From Verrucomicrobiia bacterium (GTDB lineage Bacteria; Verrucomicrobiota; Verrucomicrobiia; Limisphaerales; DASXHY01), in contig DASPIL010000096.1 in assembly GCA_035629175.1 (NCBI GenBank), positions 232,309-296,308 of the forward strand: a DNA stretch of 64,000 nucleotides, written 5' to 3'. Below the pieces are notes generated by a model. The model was not told the origin of the DNA, searched no databases, and worked only from the letters and a program-made list of their open reading frames with translations. Numbering within the stretch: the stretch's first letter is position 1; the number at the start of each line of letters is the position of its first letter. The translations under genes and the position numbers were made by a program. Of this stretch, positions 28,381 to 35,998 are shown piece after piece.

Positions 28381-30962
28381 ACGCGCTGGTTCGGAAGGAG
28401 ATTCGAAGCCTTCTGCCACTGTTTGGCGGCGCCCTCGCGTTGACGCTGTCGATGTGGATGCTTCCGGACCTTCAGAACGAAGGGGCCAACTGGCTTCTAA
28501 CGCTTCTGCTTCCCGGTGCGCCCGCGATGGCCTTGCTCATGTGCATTGAGAGCTTTGGGCGTGAGCTGAATTCAGGAACGTTTTCCATGCTCCTGAGCCA
28601 ACCGGTCGCCAGGCTGTCGGTATGGCGGATCAAAGCCAGCATTCTGTTCGGAGCGCTCGCCGTGCTTGTCGTGGCGTGGCTGTTCACATGCATGTTCGCT
28701 CCGGCGGCCGGTGTGCCAGGGTCGCACCGGGCAGAATTCGCTGTGTTGCCTGGCGTCTTTGCGCTTGCGCTGTACTCAAGCGCGTTGTGGACGGTCCTCC
28801 TGCTGCGCCAGCCAGGAGTGGCGTTTTGGATTTCGATTTTGATTCCATTAGCGCTGAGCGTTGCCACGGGATTTGGCGCCGAAAAGATGAATGAGAAGCC
28901 CCTGATTTACATTTGCGGAACGTTGATCCTCTACAGCATCGCGGGATACTTTTTTGCGCAAAGACTCTTCCTCCGTGCGCAGGATATTCAGTGGGGAGGC
29001 GGTGTGATTCAGTTGCCAACGTTCACGTTCGCCGGTCAAACGGCGCGTTCGCAGCAATCCAGTTTTAGACCGGTTACAGCATTGTTCCGCCGCGAGTTTC
29101 GATTGCACGAGGCACAATGGATCATTGCAGGAAGCTTGCTGCTGTTGCATCTCGGAGCCCTGGCATCCAGCCGCGTGGACGGCTTGAGCGATTCCGCAAG
29201 GTTCGTCTCGGAAACAATTTGGGTGCTGTGGCTCTTCATTCCAACGCTCGTCGGCTGCGCGGCGATTGCCGAGGAACGCAAGCTGGGAACACTGGAATCA
29301 GCATTGTGCCTGCCTGTCAGGCGGCGAACCCAATTTCTTGTGAAGTTAAGCGTCGTGTTGTTTCTGACGCTGGTGTTTGGTGTGCTGGTGCCGGTGCTGC
29401 TTGAGGGCAGGCGCATTTTGCCCGACCCCGATTCCAAAATGTTCCTCAACCTGTTTCTTCCGGGGCTCGCGCGTTTGGATGAAGTGGCTTCGTTTCTAGC
29501 CTTCGCCGCTCCCATTCTCTTGATCGGTTTTACGGGGTTCTATTTTTCGAGCCTCACGCGCAGCACCTTGCACGGGCTGGGACCCGCGGTTCTGGCGTTA
29601 GCCGTGGCTGTCGCGGTGAATCAGGCAGCATTCTGGCCGGAGGCGTACGTTGGTTATCCGCTATGGCGCGGGCCGATCGCGCAAATGATCGGAGTTCCGA
29701 TTCTTCTCGCTGTCATTCTCGCGCTGGCGTTCTGGAACTTGTCGCGAACGGTGATTGGCTGGCCCTTGTGGCGGCGAAACATCGCAGTTCTCGCGGCGTC
29801 TGGAGCGTTTGCAATTGTGCTCAGCTCGGCAACATACCATCGAGCTTGGGAATTCCTGACCTCGGATCAGGCTCACGGCCCTGCGCGGCTTGAGAACGCA
29901 GAGTTGCTGCCGCTGGGACGTGGAAACTATGCGGCCATCCTGCCCGACAGCCGTATCTGGGTCGGTCACTGGCCGGGCTTTGGTTCAACGAATCGGCTCG
30001 AATCATCAGCGATGATTGGCGGTTTTCTCTCGGGCTCGAATTGGATGGCGATCGTCCGCATCGGCGGAGAATTCATTACACTGAAGACGGACGGAACCTT
30101 GTGGGTTTCCCGCGAACCAGAAGTTTCCGGGCGCGGAGTGCTGAGAGACATTTCAGTTGCTTGGGTTATGGTTCCGTTGAGCGAAGACTCGGATTGGAAA
30201 CAGGTTGCCAGGATTGGGAGCGCCGGTCTTCTACTTAAGAAAAACGGTTCGCTGTGGATGGTCGGCCCTGAAGTTGGATGGCAGTCTGGCACAAATGATC
30301 ATTGGCCTGGCCTTCGGGCGTTTCCTCTCCGCTCGATCAGCACTCCGCAAATCGAATGGACTGAAATGATCCCTATCGATGACCGGGTCGCCTTGCGGAC
30401 GACGACAGGAGCCGTTTACAGCGGCCTGGGTGAAAATCGTGAGGAGCAAGTCTCGATCGGTGGTTATCCGTTCGGACGTGTTCAAGCGTTGGAGCAGGGC
30501 CGGTGGAGCGATATTTCGTCAGTCTGGCGTTGGGGACTACCGCCCGCACTCGCAGGGATCACGCCTGACGGGCGTCTCGAGATCTTTGGTCAAATGGAAA
30601 TCCTCAGCCCTCGGAATACTCGCTACGTTAGCAGTCATACCCCGTTGCATTCGTCTTCGGATTGGATCGCCTGCGCCAGCCACCCATTGATTGCGCTGAG
30701 ACAGGACGGGACGTTATGGAGGTGGCGATTCAAGAGGAACAGTGACTTCGAAGTTGAGGCAGTCGGGAATCATCGCGACTGGATCGGGGTCGCGGTTGAG
30801 TGGTATGACGTGATGACCCTTGCGAAGGATGGAAGTCTCTGGCGCTACGACCTGATGGGCGACTTCGGTGAACATCATCCGGCCGACCAGTTGCAGTTGC
30901 TCGCGCCTTCGCGGAAACCCCATTGGCTGGGGAACATCTTTGGAAGCTCGGATCGCCAGTAA
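28377..30962 (+). CDS. Doubled ABC-2-type permease fused to a C-terminal RCC1-like beta-propeller domain
   Basis: 861 aa with an ATGA overlap with the ATPase stop. About 13 hydrophobic segments lie in residues 1-490, as two 6-TM modules plus one. Residues ~490-861 carry repeated blade-like motifs (LKTDGTLWVS, LKKNGSLWMVG, ITPDGRLEIFG, LRQDGTLWRW, LAKDGSLWRY, each preceded by W..I/V). Confidence 0.75.
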   Translation: MNALVRKEIRSLLPLFGGALALTLSMWMLPDLQNEGANWLLTLLLPGAPAMALLMCIESFGRELNSGTFSMLLSQPVARLSVWRIKASILFGALAVLVVAWLFTCMFAPAAGVPGSHRAEFAVLPGVFALALYSSALWTVLLLRQPGVAFWISILIPLALSVATGFGAEKMNEKPLIYICGTLILYSIAGYFFAQRLFLRAQDIQWGGGVIQLPTFTFAGQTARSQQSSFRPVTALFRREFRLHEAQWIIAGSLLLLHLGALASSRVDGLSDSARFVSETIWVLWLFIPTLVGCAAIAEERKLGTLESALCLPVRRRTQFLVKLSVVLFLTLVFGVLVPVLLEGRRILPDPDSKMFLNLFLPGLARLDEVASFLAFAAPILLIGFTGFYFSSLTRSTLHGLGPAVLALAVAVAVNQAAFWPEAYVGYPLWRGPIAQMIGVPILLAVILALAFWNLSRTVIGWPLWRRNIAVLAASGAFAIVLSSATYHRAWEFLTSDQAHGPARLENAELLPLGRGNYAAILPDSRIWVGHWPGFGSTNRLESSAMIGGFLSGSNWMAIVRIGGEFITLKTDGTLWVSREPEVSGRGVLRDISVAWVMVPLSEDSDWKQVARIGSAGLLLKKNGSLWMVGPEVGWQSGTNDHWPGLRAFPLRSISTPQIEWTEMIPIDDRVALRTTTGAVYSGLGENREEQVSIGGYPFGRVQALEQGRWSDISSVWRWGLPPALAGITPDGRLEIFGQMEILSPRNTRYVSSHTPLHSSSDWIACASHPLIALRQDGTLWRWRFKRNSDFEVEAVGNHRDWIGVAVEWYDVMTLAKDGSLWRYDLMGDFGEHHPADQLQLLAPSRKPHWLGNIFGSSDRQ

Positions 30963-31081
30963 CTATGCGGTTTCGCAGAGCGTTGCGCTCGCGAATGACA
31001 TCGTCCCAGACACGATCCGGCGAGCGCTCATGTTGCGGCCTTGTTTCGGTCCTTTCGTTACGTGTAACATGGCGGCGATTT

Positions 31082-34000
31082 ATGAAAGTTTGCAGTCTGC
31101 TGTCGGAAGGTTCCCGGGAAATCGTCCAATCTCCATTGCCGGATCAAGAACCTGGACACTTGCGTGAGGTGCTGCGATCCACAAGCCGCTTCGTTGTTTC
31201 CTCGATCCTCCTGCTCTTCCTGCAGCCAGCTGCAGTTTCTGCCGCCTCTCTCGGCGAGGCATTGAACGCGACGAACCTGGTCTGGAACACGCACGGTGAT
31301 TTCCCTTGGATTGCGCAGAGTCCTGGACGTTCCGATTATCTGGCCGCGCGCAGCGGTAACATCACCCACAATCAATCCTCAGCCCTTGAAACAACGGTTA
31401 CGGGTCCCGGAACCGTGAGCTTTTGGTGGCGCGCTTCGACAGAGACCAACAATGACTATGGTGCGATTCTCGTCGACAGCCACGAGCACGCGCGCATTTC
31501 CGGTGAGGTGCCCGCCTGGCGGCAGAGATCAATCGACGTCGGGTTTGGATCACACCTGATCACCTGGCAATACAGCCGCAACGGAACGGGTTCGGGTGGT
31601 AACAATGTCGTGTGGCTCGAAGACGTCTCCTTCGCCGCCGGAGCCCAGGCTGCCGCCATTGCGGTTGATCCAGCCAGCCGTGTGTTCGCACCCTTCGCTT
31701 CGGCCAGTATGAGCGTCGAACCCCGTGGAACGCCGCCGTTGCAAATCCAGTGGTTCAAAAATGGCGAGCCAGTGGAGAGCGCGACCAACGCAACGCTCGC
31801 CTTTGATGCCGTTACGTTTCTGGACGCGGGCACCTATCACGCAAGTGTCTCGAATGCTTTTGGATTTGCAGTGAGCACCAATGCTGAGGTCAGAGTGCTT
31901 CATCTTGTGGCGTGGGGCGCAGGAACAGCCAATTCGAATTTCAATCCGCATTTCGGCCAAAGCTCCGTCCCAGTTTCGGGTGTCGATGCAAAAAGCATTG
32001 GCACTGGATTTTATCACAGCCTGGCACTCCGGCCCGATGGACGCGTTGCGATCTGGGGCCAGCAATCACAGCCGCCCGGAGACCTCACGAATGCAGCCGC
32101 TGTTTCCGGCGGCAGCACATTCAGCGCCGCGTTGCGAACAAATGGGACCCTGTCGTATTGGGGATCGATCAGTTTCCAGGTCGGAACCGCGACCAACCTC
32201 AGCGCAATCGCCGCGGGATCAAGCCACGTTCTCGGACTGCGAAGCAACGGAACCGTCATGGTAGCTGGTTCATTTCTGGTGCAAGGGCAGGGCATAATTC
32301 CCACGAACCTTCTGCCCGTTGTTGGGATCGCTGCCGGTGCCCATCACAATGTGGTGCTTCAGACCAACGGAACCGTCCGCGCCTGGGGCGGGAATTTCTC
32401 GGGCCAAACAAACGTTCCGATCGGATTGAGCAACGTCGTGGCGATCGCTGCAGGCGGATCGAACAGCGTGGCAATCCGAAGCGACGGAACAATTGTGGTG
32501 TGGGGCGACAATGGATCTGGTCAAACCAATGTTCCACCATCGGCGACCAATATCTTCGCGGCAAGTGTCGGGTTCGGTCATATCCTCGCGCACCGGTATG
32601 ATGGATCGTTGATTGCGTGGGGAGCTAATCAGCACGGACAAGCCGCTGTTCCCGATGCACTGACGAACGTTGTGGCGGTTTCGTCAGGCGCCTTTCACAA
32701 CCTGGCAATGGTACATTCCGGGGGGCCGGCGCTTCTGACCCGAACGATCAATCGCACGGTGTTTGTTGGAGAGCCGGTATCGTTTGCGGCATCTCCCTTC
32801 GGTTCTGAGCCGCTCTTCCTTCAGTGGATGCGAAACGACGAGATCCTCCCGGATCAAACGAATCGCGCGCTGAACATTTCTGCGGCAGCAGCCGGCGACA
32901 GCGGCGCCTATTCAATCATCGCGAGCCATGGTTCCGGCAGCGTTACAGGCCTGGTTGGACGGCTGACGGTGAACACGCTGGAGCCCTCCTTCACACAAAA
33001 CCCTTCATTGGTGCATGTGGCGGTTGGCTCCAACGCAGTTCTGAGAGCGACCGTTGTTGGGATGCCTCCGATCAGCCTCCAGTGGCGATTCAATGGAACG
33101 AACATCCAAGGGTATACCAACCTGGAAATCACCTTAACGAATGTCCACATTGGACAGGAAGGCGAGTATTCGCTGGTTGCCAGCAACGCGTTCGGCCAAA
33201 CGATCAGCGCGAATGCCGCGCTGATCGTCATCGATTTGCCTGAGGCACTGGATGCGCCAGAGTTAGCTTGGGCAACCTATGCAGAGGGCAGTTGGATTCC
33301 ACATACCGGCGACTCGCACGATGGGATTGCCGCCGGGATGTGCATCCGAATGAACCCGATTATTCCGAGCCATCTTTCGACATACGTTGTTGGACCTGCA
33401 ATTCTAAAGTTTTGGTATACAGTTGCCTTCAGTAGCGGCTTTACCAAGCGGTTCGACTTTCGTGCCTATGGGCCTTTTGGTTACGAATCCCGGTCTCTTT
33501 CGTCAATGGTTTGGAAGGAGGAGACCGTCTTTTTGCCTGCGGGAACGAATGCAGTCGAATGGTCCGCCGGGTCTTCCGAGACAGGAATTTTCGGACTTCT
33601 GGATTCGGTGAGTGTCACTCCAGGCGCGGTCCCGCCATTCGTGACACCCCTCGCAGACCAGACAGCTGCGGCAGGAGAGAATCTGGTTCTTTCTGCGCCG
33701 GTCTTCGGAACTCCGCCGCTGACCCTGCAGTGGAGGCACAATGGAACAAACATTGCCGGCGCGACGCGTACGTCACTGAGCCTGACCAATGTTCAAGCGC
33801 ATCATTCTGGAGAATACGACCTGCTGATCACCAGCCCCTACGGGTCAACCAATGCAATGGCAACCGTATCCATTACTCCATCTGTTCCGCAGATCACAAC
33901 GCCCGTTAAGAGCCGGGAAATGGTTTTTGGAGGCACCGTGCAATTCGATGTCGAAGCCCGTGGAACTGATCCGCTGACATATCAATGGGAACATGCGGGT

Positions 34001-35443
34001 GTCGCCATCTCGCATGCGACCAACGCATCCTTGAGGCTGAGCCTGCTGGAAGCGAGCTCTGCCGGGACATACCGCGTCGTCATCACCAACATTTTCGGAT
34101 CTGCGACTTCTGAGGCCGTTCTCACCGTTGTTCCACGTCTTATTGTGGGGTGGGGAACAATTACCGCGAGCACGCCCGAACCGCCGTTTGGAGTGACCAA
34201 CGTCATTGCCATTTCCGCAGGCGACGCCACCAGCGTTGCACTCCGCGATGATGGAACCCTCTACGCCTGGGGCTGGGATGCCTTCAGCCGGCTGGCGGTT
34301 CCATCGACCGCAACCAATGTCGTAAAAATTTCCATGGGTGGCATGCACGGCTCCGCATTGCATCAGAATGGAACATTGACTCATTGGGGCGATCCCTTCT
34401 TTGATTCATCTTCCATCGTTCCGCCCGGGCTTGTGAATGTCATCGAAACAGCATCCGGCGACGCATTCCACATTGTCCTGAAGGCGGATGGCACTCTGAC
34501 AGTCTGGGGCGACGGGTTCTTGAACCCAACAAACGTACCGCCAAATCTCTCGAACATTGTAGCGATCGCCGCCGGCAACTATCACGGTGTGGCATTGACA
34601 CGCGAAGGCGGTGTCGTGTCCTGGGGCTACAATTCACGGGGCCAAACTAATGTCCCGCCTGGGTTGTCAAATATCGTGAGCGTCGCGGCTGGAGGCGATT
34701 TCAGCATGGCTCTGGATTCTAGCGGGCGTGTGTCTGCATGGGGATCCGGAGGCTCCCTGGTTACTACCATTCCAATCTCGGCCACGAACGTGGTTGCGAT
34801 TGCCGCAGGCGGCAGTCACGCGCTGGCGTTGCGAAGCGATCGCACATTGGTGACGTGGGGCAACGGGTCCGATGCACGGGATAAAATGCCGCCATGGCTG
34901 ACGAACGTCGTTGCCATCGATGGTGGAAGAACCCACAGCCTTGCACTGTTGAATGACGGGTCGCCGCACATTGTTCGACATCCGTGGACGCAGACGGTGT
35001 TCACGGGCGATACCGTCCGGTTCGATGTTGCAGCGCTTGGAAACGAAATATTGAGCTATCAGTGGAAGCACAATGGAACCAACGTTCCCGGTGCGACAGG
35101 CGCGACGTTGCTTCTGACAAACGCGCCGCTGATGGCCGCTGGAATTTATCATTGCGTGGTGACCAATCCGGCGGGAGTCGCAGCATCGCATCCCGCGTCG
35201 CTGGCGGTATTGCGGTCGACGCCGCAGGTCACTGCAGCGGGTTCCGGGTTTGAGGCGCCGGGGACTTTTCGAATGCGGATCCTGGGCTTGTCGGGACACG
35301 GGGAAGTGCTTGTGTATGCGTCAACCAACCTGCTGCAATGGCAACCCGTGCACACCAATGCCGCGGCGGTTGGAACCATCCTTTATTTTGACGCAGTGGG
35401 AACGAATGCCATGCAGCGATTCTTCCGAGTTGAAGAGCGTTAG
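31082..35443 (+). CDS. Giant secreted RCC1-repeat / I-set Ig-like domain protein
   Basis: ORF 30923..35443. First plausible ATG is at 31082; GTG 31169 would give a canonical signal peptide (VLRSTSRFVVSSILLLFLQPAAVSAASL). Six Ig-like modules carry (L/Y)QW...NG...G.Y motifs (e.g. LSYQWKHNGTNVPG...AGIYHCVVTN). Two RCC1 propeller blocks lie at ~31890-32720 and ~34134-34960 (VVAIAAGGSNSVAIRSDGTIVVWGDNGSGQTNVP). There are two jelly-roll-like modules. Confidence 0.85.
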   Translation: MKVCSLLSEGSREIVQSPLPDQEPGHLREVLRSTSRFVVSSILLLFLQPAAVSAASLGEALNATNLVWNTHGDFPWIAQSPGRSDYLAARSGNITHNQSSALETTVTGPGTVSFWWRASTETNNDYGAILVDSHEHARISGEVPAWRQRSIDVGFGSHLITWQYSRNGTGSGGNNVVWLEDVSFAAGAQAAAIAVDPASRVFAPFASASMSVEPRGTPPLQIQWFKNGEPVESATNATLAFDAVTFLDAGTYHASVSNAFGFAVSTNAEVRVLHLVAWGAGTANSNFNPHFGQSSVPVSGVDAKSIGTGFYHSLALRPDGRVAIWGQQSQPPGDLTNAAAVSGGSTFSAALRTNGTLSYWGSISFQVGTATNLSAIAAGSSHVLGLRSNGTVMVAGSFLVQGQGIIPTNLLPVVGIAAGAHHNVVLQTNGTVRAWGGNFSGQTNVPIGLSNVVAIAAGGSNSVAIRSDGTIVVWGDNGSGQTNVPPSATNIFAASVGFGHILAHRYDGSLIAWGANQHGQAAVPDALTNVVAVSSGAFHNLAMVHSGGPALLTRTINRTVFVGEPVSFAASPFGSEPLFLQWMRNDEILPDQTNRALNISAAAAGDSGAYSIIASHGSGSVTGLVGRLTVNTLEPSFTQNPSLVHVAVGSNAVLRATVVGMPPISLQWRFNGTNIQGYTNLEITLTNVHIGQEGEYSLVASNAFGQTISANAALIVIDLPEALDAPELAWATYAEGSWIPHTGDSHDGIAAGMCIRMNPIIPSHLSTYVVGPAILKFWYTVAFSSGFTKRFDFRAYGPFGYESRSLSSMVWKEETVFLPAGTNAVEWSAGSSETGIFGLLDSVSVTPGAVPPFVTPLADQTAAAGENLVLSAPVFGTPPLTLQWRHNGTNIAGATRTSLSLTNVQAHHSGEYDLLITSPYGSTNAMATVSITPSVPQITTPVKSREMVFGGTVQFDVEARGTDPLTYQWEHAGVAISHATNASLRLSLLEASSAGTYRVVITNIFGSATSEAVLTVVPRLIVGWGTITASTPEPPFGVTNVIAISAGDATSVALRDDGTLYAWGWDAFSRLAVPSTATNVVKISMGGMHGSALHQNGTLTHWGDPFFDSSSIVPPGLVNVIETASGDAFHIVLKADGTLTVWGDGFLNPTNVPPNLSNIVAIAAGNYHGVALTREGGVVSWGYNSRGQTNVPPGLSNIVSVAAGGDFSMALDSSGRVSAWGSGGSLVTTIPISATNVVAIAAGGSHALALRSDRTLVTWGNGSDARDKMPPWLTNVVAIDGGRTHSLALLNDGSPHIVRHPWTQTVFTGDTVRFDVAALGNEILSYQWKHNGTNVPGATGATLLLTNAPLMAAGIYHCVVTNPAGVAASHPASLAVLRSTPQVTAAGSGFEAPGTFRMRILGLSGHGEVLVYASTNLLQWQPVHTNAAAVGTILYFDAVGTNAMQRFFRVEER

Positions 35444-35507
35444 AAGAAAAGATTTCCAAGCGAAGGGCGCAGCCCCAACCGCAGTGCCCGCGTTCCAGGA
35501 CCGTGAT

Positions 35508-35930
35508 CTAACGTCTTGCCATAGTCTCGAGGGCGGCCAGGAATTTTGCGCGGGAAATCGGTTTCTCGATCATGAAACTCGCGCCCAATACGATGCTGGA
35601 TTCAAGGCGGGATTCATCGGCGAAGAGACCTTCGCCTGAGATGGCAATGACCTGAATGCCCGGCCATCTGGCTTTGATCTCGCGCAACGTCGCGATTCCA
35701 CCCTTGCGAGGCATTTTCAAGTCGAGCACGACGATGTCCGCATGACCTTTGGCAATGACATCCAATGCTTCCACACCGTCACCTGCCTCCGTGACGGTGT
35801 AGGTCGACTTGGGGACCATTGCACGGAGCGCCCCGCGGACGGCAGGCTCGTCGTCCACAATCAATATGCGTTTGACCGAGGCTGGTCGGGCCGCGTTCTG
35901 CGCCAATTTAGCCGCTTCAATCTGCTGCAT
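35508..35930 (-). CDS. Stand-alone response regulator receiver protein (CheY-like)
   Basis: ORF 35508..35939 starts at a GTG; ATG at 35930. ILIVDDEPAVR...DIVVLDLKMPRKGG...VIAISG is the receiver-domain pattern. No output domain. Confidence 0.85.
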   Translation of the reverse strand: MQQIEAAKLAQNAARPASVKRILIVDDEPAVRGALRAMVPKSTYTVTEAGDGVEALDVIAKGHADIVVLDLKMPRKGGIATLREIKARWPGIQVIAISGEGLFADESRLESSIVLGASFMIEKPISRAKFLAALETMARR

Positions 35931-35998
35931 TTCGAACACCTACATCGGACACAATGCCCCGTTCTTGAACTGCGAAGTTCGCGAGGCTGGCAAAATTC

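Noticed and set aside
27331-28419. 362-aa minus-strand ORF
   Set aside because: It is antisense to the ABC ATPase, which has Walker A/B and signature motifs. This is a shadow ORF.
30965-31081. Upstream in-frame ATG (30965) that would extend the RCC1/Ig giant by 39 codons and abut the permease stop
   Set aside because: The extension (MRFRRALRSRMTSSQTRSGERSCCGL...) is Arg/Ser-rich, lies far upstream of the signal peptide and looks non-coding. I kept 31082 as a conservative ATG and flagged GTG 31169.
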